NCBI RefSeq assembly: GCF_009914755.1 | Contig: NC_060934.1 | DNA length: 64,000 nt | Source: the human T2T-CHM13v2.0 reference genome, Homo sapiens | Reading direction: 5' to 3' (one strand) | Part shown: piece after piece, positions 35,604 through 53,178 of the stretch | Numbering within the stretch: the first letter of the stretch is position 1 | Layout of the letters: each line of letters opens with the position of its first letter | Notes under the pieces: generated by a model | What the model was told of the DNA's origin: nothing | Databases searched by the model: none | What the model saw: the letters and a program-made list of their open reading frames with translations, nothing else | Translations under genes and position numbers: made by a program

Positions 35604-37058
35604 GTGAGCGCCGGCCAGCCGTCCGCCGCGCCCGGTGTCCCGCCGCGGTCCTCTAACTCCTCGGCGCCTCGGTGCCCGGCCGCTTCGCCCCCGCCCCCAG
35701 CTCCACCGAAGCCCCGGGGACGCTGCCCTTGGGCCCGCCCGAGCGTTCGGGACCCTTTACTTCGTGTTCGTTCTTGCCCGCAGCTCGAGTCGGCGCGCGC
35801 CCCACTCGGGAATGTGGCTGTCCTGTCGCGAAAAAGAGCTCTTGTTTCCGCTTCGTGGCAGGCTTACGCATTCGACCCAGTTCTCTCTCTCCTCTCTGCC
35901 TCCTTCCCGGGCGGATTTGGCTCCACTTGGCCTTGCATTACAGTCTGCATTGCCTGTCGTAGATTGTGCAAATTAATGCTTGATTTTGGAGCTGGCTCCG
36001 GGGCTTTTTAAAAAAGAACTTTGGGAGAGGAATTCGGCCCTGGCATCCTGCGATGGCTTGTTTTTGCTGCTTTTAGAACACCGGGAGGAGGCTGGAATGC
36101 GGAGTCTGGAAGCCTCGCCCAGCGTTATCCCGCTTTGACAGCATTGTTTACTTTGCTGGACGAGGCCCCACGGGTGAGGGGAGTCCCCAGGCCGGGAGGA
36201 GAGCGTGATAAAATAAAGCTCAAGTAATAGCCAAGGGAAAGTAGGTGGGGGTGGTAGGGTGCTGACAGCCTTAAGGTAGGGTGTCTTTCGGCAGCGACGC
36301 CTTTGGAAATGGATTGAAGGACCTTTGTCAAGGACACCCCAGTTGGGTGGGGTGGTTGCTTGATCCTGTGGAAGGGGCTAGAGAGAGGCAATCCAGAGAG
36401 AGGGTGGTTCCCTGGCATTGCTTTTCAAAGCATGACCAGGAACTGTTTACAAATAAGTAATACTGGGGTAGAGGTGAAGCTTGGTCACGGGAAGAGAGCT
36501 CAAAGGTTGTCTGTGCCCTAACTGGGCTGTCCTCCAGAGGGAGGAGCCTGGAAAGCGATTTTGAGGAGCCTTATTGAAGGGAACGGGGCCTCCTTTTTAA
36601 CTTCAGAACTTTGTCTTCTTTTGGTGCTGGGGTGGCCTCTTGCTAGAGGGTGGGGACTTCGCAGCTCCTGCGGTCTAGAGGATTGCTAGCCTTGTTCCTG
36701 TGGGCAGGGCTCAGGAGCTGTACTACAACCAATCCGATGCAGTTAGGCCTGGACCATCCTTAAATCAGTTGCACAATAGCAAGGCCTGTGGAGTAAGGAG
36801 ACCTTCTTGCCAACACCAAGGGATAAAATCTAGGAGGGAGCTTTACAGAGAAATTCAGCCAGGCCGCTCTGGGGGCTGGGCGGGCTGCCTTGAAAGGCTT
36901 TTTAAATGACCCAGGCAGAAGTTCAGTAATATATATGGAGAGCTGGGTTTAAGGAAATGTTAACTTTGCAGAATAGTGGAGTTCTTAGGTGGCTTAACTC
37001 ATGGAAGAAATCTCCCCCCGATATGATCAGTTCAAGACCAACTCGTGTTTGAGCATGG

Positions 37059-37329
37059 TACAGGGTCTCACTCTGTCGCCCAGGCTGGAGTACAGTGGCA
37101 CGACCTCGGCTCACTGCACTCTCTACTTCCTGGGCTCAAGCGATCCTCCCACCTCAGCCTCCTGAGTAGCTGGACCACAGGCACGTGCCACCACGCCTGG
37201 CTAATTTTTTTGTATTTTGGTAGAGTCTGGGTTTCTCCATGTTGCCCAGGCTCGTCCTGGGCTCAAGTTATTCGCCCCGTCAGCCTCCCAAAGTGCTGGG
37301 ATTACAGGCGTGAGCCACTGCACCCGGCC
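37059..37329 (-). mobile_element. AluJ
   Basis: Alu consensus. Confidence 0.85.
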
Positions 37330-37941
37330 AAGATCTTGCTTTTTAATCCTGAAAAATTTTGGCAGACCAGAATCTGCTCCATATAAGAGTTGTCTTGAAC
37401 TTGAACTGATAGCTTTTAAGAAATAGATGCTGTTTTCCGAGGTGATGGAAAGGGATTTATAACTTCTTCCAGAATTCTTTGTGGTATTGCTCAGTAAATG
37501 CCTGTGCTTCCAGAAGTTCAGAACACGTCATAGTGACAACTGCACTCAGCTATAATGTATTTGGAAAGGGAACTAAACTTTCAGCTATATATTAATCCCC
37601 TGAGGGAAGAGCCACCTAGACACGTTTTTGGCTCATGTCAAATAGTCAAGCTACCATACTTTTAAAAATAAGGGCATAGTCTTTAAGCGTTGCTTCAAAG
37701 ATAGAAGCCTGTCTCATAGCCTGGATTAGTTCTTAAAGTGCTTGCAAAGAGTCTGCCAGAAATACTAATTCATTACCCCTCCTCCTAACAACACTCAATC
37801 ACTGTTTTCTCAAATATCACTTAACTTCCCCCGACATTGTTTCTACACACAGTTTCTTGTTTTGGATTTAAATACTTGTGATCTTGGCTCTTCTTTACTG
37901 TTGAGCTTGTATTTATTGGGAGAGCCCATCATAATCTTTGG

Positions 37942-39849
<1,908 letters not shown>

Positions 39850-41500
39850 GTAATCAGTGGATTTTTAACATGAGGGCTTATTTAATATCTTTATAAGGAC
39901 ATGGTGCCGTTGCAGTTGGATTTAATCACTATTACAGCAATGAATACTGTTTAGGTGTTCTTTACTTACTGATTTAACTTCCCCCTCTGACGGTTTGTGT
40001 ATCTCTAATGCTACATTCATCTTCCTCTCATCATGTAATTTTATTTCCCTCAACCAGGGTGCAATAGTTTGTTATCTGGCCACCTCCAGACTCCTGGATT
40101 AATATGGTTAGGTATCGTTAGTAAATTTTGTGTGCCCAGGGGAGTGGTTCGCACAAAAGGGGACAACAGACAAAAGTAGGAAATACAGTCCTTGGTCTGA
40201 ACAGGTTTAAATTCTTGATTTGGGGGTAGGGGCAGACAGATAAGATTTTTAGTTCTGAAAGAGTAGAGTCAAGTGCTAACATATATTTCAGACTTGAAAA
40301 CATTTAGAAAAATGAGTGATAGGCTTGTATTGGAAATCTCTATTTAGTGGTAAGGGAGGGGATTAACATTTCCTGCCTCAAACTTCTAGAAATCTTCTGG
40401 AGGGTCACATACATGTCAGAGCATTCCAGCATAACAACAGTTGATGGACCGAATGCCCTAAATGATCAGACTGAGCAGGGACATTCACAGCATAGCAAAC
40501 TTAGAGTTTCTCCCCCTTGAAGAGTTCTTTATTCATTGGGGATCACAGGAGATACAGCTTACCCTTGAGCTTTCTCAAAATTGTCTTTCTGTGGTTTGGG
40601 AAGTGAGAAGTGGGTGAAAACACACTTGCTGTAACCTCTTGGATTTCTCATATTGCTGGAAGAGTACCCTTTCTCCTTATGAAGGAAGAGGAAACTTTTT
40701 GTTGGGCAAATTCCAGGCCAAAAAAAAAGCTCTTGGATTTTATTTTTTTTTCTATCTGCCTGTGGAGGAGTGGGGATGATATTTGGTTCTTCCATTGAGA
40801 AGCTACCTCTGCCCTCAAAGGAAGGTAAAGTTACTATAGTTGGCTCCACTTTTAATAACACTAGTGACCTAGAAGAAACCTAATGCTTTCATTTTATTAT
40901 TGAGAGAAATTGGGACCCAGAGAAGTTAAGTAACTTGTTAGTATTAAACAGCTAATTATTGTCCGTGAGTCCCTCAAATTTAGTATCCTGATCACTATTC
41001 CAGTTTTTTCCTCTACTGTTTTGAGATGCTTATCTTACTAGGAAAGGAAGTTTGCAAACATTTAAAGAGACTTTTCTACCTCTGGAATGCTAGCTAATAT
41101 GATTCTTTCCGCTACCTTATTTCCTTTCTAGGTGCTGAACTGCCCCCTTTTAGAAGAGTTGTTTTGCTCTGCGGAATGAGCAGAAACAGAGACACCTCTT
41201 TTACCCTTTCTCTTTGCCTTTCTTTTCCTTCACAGAGTTCTCATCAGCCATGGAAAAGTATGCTGTTACCATAACAAGGGCAGCAGAGGGGAACTAACTG
41301 TGATGGTCTGAAATTTTGTCTGGGTTGTAGCTCTTCTGCCTCTTGGATAGTTGATATGATTGGTTCATTGGGACAGAATTTCATAAAGGTCATTGGATGG
41401 GTTTGGAAAAAAGGAGAAAGCAGGAAGAAGGGAAAATAATCCACTGGGAGTGAAAGTGAACTATACCAAAATAAAGAGTATTGGGGGTGAAGGGAGCTGC

Positions 41501-41797
41501 TTTTTTTTTTCTTTCTTTCTTTGAGACAGAGTTTCACTCTTGTTGCCCAGGCTGGAGTGCAATGGCGCCATCTTGGCTCACCGCAACCTCCGCCTCCTGG
41601 GTTCAAGTGATTCTCCTGCCTCAGCCTCCTGAGTAGCTGGGATTACGGGCGCCCACCACCACGCGTGGCTGATTTTTGTATTTTTAGTAGAGATGGGGTT
41701 TTACCATGTTGGCCAGGCTGGTCTCGAACTCCTGACCTCAAGTGATCCGCCCACCTCGGCCTCCCAGAGTGCTGGGATTGAACCACCATGCCCAGCC
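41501..41797 (-). mobile_element. AluS
   Basis: Alu consensus. Confidence 0.9.
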
Positions 41798-42499
41798 CTG
41801 TTTCTTTTGTTAAGATAAAAATTGTCTTTGTTGGTTTATTAGCACTTCAGAGATTTGATGGTTGTGCACAGTGAATGTGGTTTGGCCACCACCTGTCTCC
41901 CTGAAGAATACAGAGTTAGGCAGCTTTTAGTTTCCTCTGGGTTATTTGCCATAGAGCTTTTCAGGAGTCTGTCTCTTCATCCAGAGTCTCCATGAAGAAC
42001 AGATGTTTAAAACTGAAGTTCATTCATGAATGTTCTATAACTCAGTCAATAAAACATAGACCTTGTTCTACCTTCCTAAGTTGAAAGAATAAAAAGCAGA
42101 GAAAACACTTTCTTTGTTAAGTCCTTTCTGTTTTTTCCTTTCTTATTTTCCCTTATGGGGGTGGGAGAGAGAAAGACAGGCTTAGACTTCTTTTCTGAGT
42201 GCATTAGAAGCACTTGCTGCTTGTTCATCTTGTATCTGTTTCTCATCTTTTGGTGGGCCCTTATGTGAGACATAGCTGGAGAATTGTCAAGAATTCCTAG
42301 TAGAAATTGAAGTTACATGCCAAATGCTTTGTTTCTTTTTTTAATTCAATGTCTAGGCTTGAAGGATACCTTCCTCCTCGTGGTCCCTGCTGCCCTAGCA
42401 GTGTTGGTTTGTATGTATGTATTTATAAGATATTTTGTAAGCATCTTTTTTCTTAGTTCCTTATAATGGTTTTTTAATACACTATCTCTTGATGTTTTA

Positions 42500-42775
42500 A
42501 ACATACATAACAAAAATTTCCATTTTAGTCATTTTTAATTGTACAGCTCAGTGGGATTAAATATATTCACCTTGTTTTGCAACCATCACCACCATCCATC
42601 TTCAGAACGTTTTTCATCTTCCTAAACTGAAACCTCATACCAATTAAACAATAACTTCCCATTAAGCAGTACCACCGCAGCCTCCGGCAACTAATCATCC
42701 TACTTTGTGTCTTCATGAATTTGACTACTCTAGGAATCTCAGTTAAATGGAACCACGTAGTAATTGTCCTTTCGT
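42500..42775 (-). mobile_element. L1MB-type 3' end
   Basis: GCAACCATCACCACCATCCATCTTCAGAAC...AAACAATAACTTCCCATT. Confidence 0.7.
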
Positions 42776-44763
42776 AAATGAACATTCATCAGTGTTCATG
42801 CTTTTTTTCTTGCCATTTTGCTTTTTTTTTTTATTATTATTACATTTTTTTAATACCTATGAAAGCAACAAAGTTGTAAAAGTCATATAGTCTTACTGGC
42901 CACACAACAAAAAGCAACATTCCGATGCCCCGTTCCTTCATCTCCATTTCCACTCTCAGAGAAACCATTTTAAACTCATTTAGCTAATGTGCACTGCAGC
43001 CTTGACCTCCTGGGCTCAGCCTCCTGGGATCATAGGAGTGCCACCAAGCACGGCTAATTTTTAAAATTTTTGTAAAGATGATTTCTCACCATGTTTCCCA
43101 AGCTGGTCTTAAACTCCTGGGCTCAGATGACCCTCTTGCCTCAGCCTCCCAAAGTGCTGTGATTATAGGTGTGAGCCCCTATGCCCAGCCTATTTCTTAG
43201 TTTGGGATATTAATTCATTTTCTGCTATGGAAGATGAGGATTTAGTTGTTATATACACCCTTCTCCCAATGTATATACTTCTGTCTCCTATCCTCTTAAT
43301 TTAACTTTTTTTTACCCTTTTTGGTCAAACTAATATGTATGTAATCTTTACTAAATTTTGGTAAATATTGAATGCAGATGTGGCTGACATTGTTGGTTTC
43401 CTGCTCAATAGCTATTCCCTCTTCTTGCTTGCTGCCAGATTCCCTCATTTTTTAAATGGCAAGGTGCTAAACCCCAGGATATAGACTGTGACAGCTCTTA
43501 AGTCAGTCATAGTTTCCCCAGTGTTTGGTCTGGTGGGCATCTGAACCAGTTCTGGACAAATGAGATGTAAAGGAAGTCTGCTGATGGCTTCTGAGATTTT
43601 CCCCTCCAACGGAGAAAGTCCCAGGAGGAAAGCCCTGTTTGACTTCATGTTCTCCTTTCCTGCTTGGAACTCTATTTTATGAGGGTGTGGGTCCATCTCA
43701 GCCTTTTTGGAGGGCTTGTGGGCAAGTTACTTAATGTTTCGTTCTCCAGGCTGTCTATTTGCGTGAGTAAATGGTTAATTCTAATTCTGGAAGCAGACTT
43801 AGTTAAACAGAATTTTATGATGGCGGCCGGGGGGTGGGGGTGGGGGCTCCCTGTAAAAATATAGTTAACAACTACCCTGTAAGTTAACCATGTTATAGTG
43901 GACTTTCTCTGTGTGGTTTAATTTCAGCTTACATAATTTCTTAACTATATAGCTTAATGCATGGATTATTTATCATTTAAACTAAGGTACTTGGTATTGA
44001 AAGAGGCCGTTACGCTTGAATGACCTTGTTTCTATACTAGCCATCTTGGCAAGCATAACTTTGGGCTTTATTCATTGACCTTCTTGTTGTTTTCTGCAGT
44101 TTGAGAATCACTGGTTTTTAGATTCAAAGGTAGATAGGGTTTTTCCCCCCTCTCTGTCAAAGGGACTCAGTTTTACTCTCATATTTCCCTAGTAATGTTA
44201 AATCTAGAAAGTCCTGGATGAAAGTATTAGATTTATCCTAATATCTGGTCACTAAGGGATGAAAAATTTATAAATAGCTAATGTTAACCTAGATCTAAAG
44301 CTTCCTATTCTGAAATCCAAACATGAAGACTAAGAAAAATATGTACATTTTGAAACAAAGCAGAAAAATGAAACTTCAACAATGTAAAAGAGGGTAAAAT
44401 GCCAGTAGACAGCCACTTTCAGCAGTTTCTGTTTACAGTGCTTTTGCTGGCTACCATTGTTGCTGTAAATAATATATGTATACTGTGATTTCTTTAACAT
44501 TAGACAATACTGTTAACTCCCCATTATGAAAGATGAGGAATCTAAGATACTTTTATTACTTTCTGTCTCTTGTTTCTCATCCTCTCTCCATTTACTAATT
44601 TCTGTAAATTGTATTATCATTTTTGGCTCCTCTAGTAGTTATCTTTAAAGCTCTAAATAATATGTGTCTCAGCCTGTCAACTTTAGCTCTCCACTGTATA
44701 AAAGTACACCATTCACCTGTCCTCCTGCCTTTACTTTGCTGGTATGTAACCTCATTATGTTTA

Positions 44764-45069
<306 letters not shown>

Positions 45070-45929
45070 TCAGAGTTTGTAACATTTACGTACTGTTCCT
45101 TAACTGTTAATTCTTCTATGCTTTTACTATAGTTTGATTATAAACGTTGAAAATCAAACAGCATATACAATATTGTGATTTTTTTTCATAACTTTCCAAT
45201 ATAAGACTAAGGAGCATGATTATTTTCATAGAGAAGGAATGGAAAATTGTTTTTTAATTTTTGTAACACTCCATCAATTGATCACAATCATGCCCCATTT
45301 TAATACTGTGTTATATGAGCTATGGATTTCTTGTGTAGTCTGTTTTCCTTCTTCAGTAGCTTAAGGTTAACTTGTTTCTAGTTACTTATGGCTGCATTGG
45401 TTGACATTAAATTGAGCTGACATAGCGTTGGAGGGAGTCTGGGTGAAATGTGAATTGCTAGGAAGTCCTTGCTTCAGAAAATGTACATCTGTGCATGCAT
45501 ATGTATAAGAAACCTTAAATATTTTAGATTTTTTAATAGATTGTCTTGGAATTGATGTAAGTTTATAGTAAACATAATATTCAATAAAGGAAATAAAGGG
45601 TTTTTTCCTGCCATTTTATCCATGGTTGAATCTTAATTTTTTTTCTTTGAATAATTTTGGTTTTTTAAAAGGTCAGTTTCTTTTGAATTACACCCTAAAA
45701 TCATTAGTGATTAACAAGCTGATTCTGTATTTTTGCTTTATACCCACTACAATTAAATTTTTTTTAGCTTGCAGAGATTACTAAAATTCAAAAACTTATA
45801 AATACTATACTTTCATAGTCATATTTTTCCTGGCTATATTTGAGAACATTACAGCATTAAGACGCTAGTTCTTCAGTGTGTCTTGTTGTCTGAATTATTT
45901 ACTGTGTTGGCATTCAAAATCAAACATAT

Positions 45930-48945
<3,016 letters not shown>

Positions 48946-49436
48946 AAATACCGTATCTTATCAGCTCTTTAAGGTCATAGAGGTTCTTCAGAGTTTCTCT
49001 TATACCTCACACATTTAGGCAGAATCTCCACTACCTATATCCTAGTTGGTTTAATTGCAATTCTTTAATGTATGCGTTGTTGCTGATACATAATTTAGAA
49101 AGCTTGCTTCTGTGCTGTGCTTTTTTCACCACCTCATCTCCACAATTTCCAAGCTTGATGTACTACAGAAGTAAGAATAATCTTGTTCCAGTTTGCAAGT
49201 TGACTCATCTGACAGTGAAACCTCACCCTTCTGAAATCTCATCATGAACAAAAGTGGGGTAACTCAAACAGATAGGCAAAGTCCATTGTTAAAGCTCCTT
49301 CCCTTTGTTCATTGGAAGGCCATCAGACCCCCTTTCAGCCTATTTGCCCTTATTTTACATAGCATGCTAATAAGCAAGTTGCTGATTTCCAAACCCACCA
49401 GACTAGAAACACCAAGTTAGAAAGGGTGTTAAGGGT

Positions 49437-49806
49437 GTGCTATACAGATTGAATTGTGTCTCCCCAAAATTCTTATGTTGAAACCTTAATTCCCAACATG
49501 ATAGTATTAGGAGGTGGTGCCTTTGGGAGTTAATTAGGCTGAGTTGAGGTCATAAAGGTGGGACCCTCATGATGGGATTTGTGCCCTTATAAGATGGAAC
49601 ACCACAGAGTTGAGGCCCCCTTACCCCCATGTAAGGGACACAAAGAGAAGGCAGCTACCTACAAGCCAGGAAGAGAGCCCTCACCAGAAACCATCCATGC
49701 TGGCATCTTAGTGTTGGACTTCTAGCCTCCAGAACTATGAGACAATTTCTGTTGTTTAAGTTGTGCAGTCTGTGGTATTTTGTTATGGCAGCCTAAGCTG
49801 ACTGAG
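49437..49806 (+). mobile_element. MaLR LTR (MST/MLT1A-like)
   Basis: GAATTGTGTCTCCCCAAAATTCTTATGTTGAA...TTTTGTTATGGCAGCC. Confidence 0.75.
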
Positions 49807-50259
49807 TCATAGTAGTAGCCTGGAAAAAAGGTAGCTCTTAGTCTAAGGGGACAAGGGCACTGTGGGGGAGGGGTGCACCAGCACAACTTTGACCATCCGA
49901 ACTCTGTATAGTGATGTTCAGCTGTACAGAGCACCAACTTGATAGGGCTTAGAGACTTCTTAGGTCACAACATAGTATAATAAACAATTTTCATAATACT
50001 GTGATTCATCAAGAGGGTTGAATCATTTTCTGTTGAAGGCCATAAAGGGATTTAAATCTGTATTAGAAGTATTTTCATTCAAGATAATTGAAATTGTTTA
50101 CCCTTTGAAAGTTGAACTAAGTTTTGTGCTACCCAGAATGCCTCGTTCCTCATAATTTCTAGATGCCTTTTTGAGTGCTACTCTAGTTTTTGTTTTTCAA
50201 AGCAAAGAGGTTGAAGGTAAGTTTCTACTTTCCTTGTCCTAAAATTATATTTGATTTAC

Positions 50260-50548
50260 ATTTTGAGGCAGGATCTTGCTCTGTTGCCCAGGCTGGAGTG
50301 CAGTGGTGCAGTCATAGCTCACTGTAGCCTCGAACTCCTGGACTCAAGCTATTCTCCTGGCTCAACCCCCGAGTAGTAGGGACTTCAGACCAACAGCACC
50401 TCACTTGGCTCTTTTTAAAATAATTTTTTTAGAGACAGGGTCTCACTATGTGGCCCAGACTAGACTCAGACTCCTGGGCTCAAGCAGTCCTCCTGCCTTG
50501 GACTCCCAAACTGTTGGAATTACAGGCATGAGCCACCATGCCCAGGCT
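50260..50548 (-). mobile_element. AluJ followed by a short antisense L1 fragment
   Basis: Alu consensus; TGATATCTCATTGTCGTTTTGATTTGCATTTCC. Confidence 0.8.
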
Positions 50549-51344
50549 CTCTTGTCTTTTTGATAATAGCCATCCTAAGAGATGTGAAGTGATATCTCAT
50601 TGTCGTTTTGATTTGCATTTCCTTGATGATTAGTGATGTCGAGCACCTTTTAATGTACCTGTTGACCATTTGTAAGCAGCACGTTTCCATAACTGTTTAT
50701 CAGTTAAAGTGTACTCTTCAAAACTATTGTTTTTAAAACATTCAGGTAGCACTTAACTGGTAAGCAGATTGTTTTGTAGAATAGAGAGGGGCTGCCAGTT
50801 TCAGCTTTGACTATAGCTGTGAGAAGAATGTTAGTCTCAGTCCTTCTTTGGAAAGCCTTTAAAAGGGGCTGTTTATTTTTTCTCATACTTGTTTATTCTT
50901 TCATTTAAAACTTTTTTTTTCTTAAAGATGTTAATGTTAGGGCCTAGGTCACATATAAATAAGACATAGCCCTGACATAAGAAACTCAGAGTCTATAAAG
51001 AGAGACAGATGGATAAACAGGAGTCCTGTAATACATGATGTGTGTAAGATGGAGAGGAAGAACCTTTTAAAAAAGTGAGGAGTGGGGGTGGCTTCATAAA
51101 GGAAGTGATGGTTGGAGCTGAGTCTTGAAGGATCAACAGGAGTGTCCCTGGCAGAAGAGAAAGGGCATTCCAGATGGCAGAAGAGCCTGTTTACAGGCAG
51201 AGAGGTTAGAGATTATGCTTTCAACTTGAATTGTAAAATCCTTAAAAGTTAGGATTACATGGGATTTAAATTAAATTCCTGGGTGGTATTATATGTTGAT
51301 AACCCCTTAAATTGTTTCAAACTCTTTTTAACCCTGTTTTCCAG

Positions 51345-51530
51345 GAACTCGAATCATTTATGACAGAAAGTTTCTGTTGGATCGTCGCAATTCTCCCATG
51401 GCTCAGACCCCACCCTGCCATCTGCCCAATATCCCAGGAGTCACTAGCCCTGGCACCTTAATTGAAGACTCCAAAGTAGAAGTAAACAATTTGAACAACT
51501 TGAACAATCACGACAGGAAACATGCAGTTG
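51345..51530 (+). CDS. EIF4EBP2: EIF4EBP2 exon 2 (186 nt): eIF4E-binding YDRKFLL, S65, T70, IPGVT, Asn-rich stretch
   Basis: Acceptor CCCTGTTTTCCAG|GA; translates [23 protein letters not shown]...HDRKHAV; donor G|GTAAGA at 51531. Confidence 0.98.
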
Positions 51531-51597
51531 GTAAGAGAATGGCGATGTTGGAGACCTAGAGCGTGGCTCTTGGAATTTGAATGTCTGTTTGCTGTAG

Positions 51598-52525
<928 letters not shown>

Positions 52526-53146
52526 GACCTTGTTTCTTATATGAGTTTCTTTTATATGGTGTGAGGAAAAGCGGTATGGTTTATTTCCTCTATTTTCCAG
52601 AACTGCGTTTAAGGTTTACCTAAATTACCCCTCCTCCAACACATTCTTTTTTTCTTTATCACTGTAGAAGCAGAATGGTGCGGTAGGAGTGGCCAGCTCC
52701 TGAAATATTCCTCAGGGACTGCACTTGGTGACCCCTAGATGGGGGCCAGCATTCCGCTTTGTCATATTTCAGATGAGTTTTTTAATGGACAAAGTGTTAG
52801 TTTGGAGCAGGGCCAAAGTCCAAAGCCTCCAGAAGAATGTGCTCCCCTGAGAGATGGCAAAGAGCTCCCCAAGAGCTGCTGTTTAGTCATCCTGAAGACA
52901 AAGGGACAATGGGGATGTTTTCACTTGTGTCCTTTTCCCCAAAACTTCTCCCCATGGGTGATGGGACTGCCATTCTTATTTTTCAGATTAAGACCAGCCA
53001 AAGCAAAGCAGAGTAATTGTTTTAAGGCAGCAGAGAGTGGGACAATTTGAATTACTTTTTGTCTCTCATTTAGAGGGAATGACAGTTAAAACTGTTATGC
53101 TTCTTTGTGTACGTGCTAAACTCTTCATTTTATTTGTCCTAACTAG

Positions 53147-53178
53147 GGGATGATGCTCAGTTCGAGATGGACATCTGA
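53147..53178 (+). CDS. EIF4EBP2: EIF4EBP2 exon 3 coding part: TOS motif FEMDI and stop
   Basis: Acceptor TTTGTCCTAACTAG|GG GAT GAT GCT CAG TTC GAG ATG GAC ATC TGA; total CDS 145+186+32 = 363 nt = 120 aa. Confidence 0.98.

Larger units (their letters stand above)
35020..35900. promoter_or_regulatory. EIF4EBP2: CpG island / promoter of EIF4EBP2
   Basis: GC/KLF boxes at 35088, 35111 and 35131; CRE-like CGACGTCA at 35145-35152; ETS motif CTTCCGG at 35203-35209; no TATA. Confidence 0.9.

Noticed and set aside
51531-51559. ORF-track extension KRMAMLET after exon 2
   Set aside because: Simple read-through of the donor into intron 2; no nearby poly(A) signal seen
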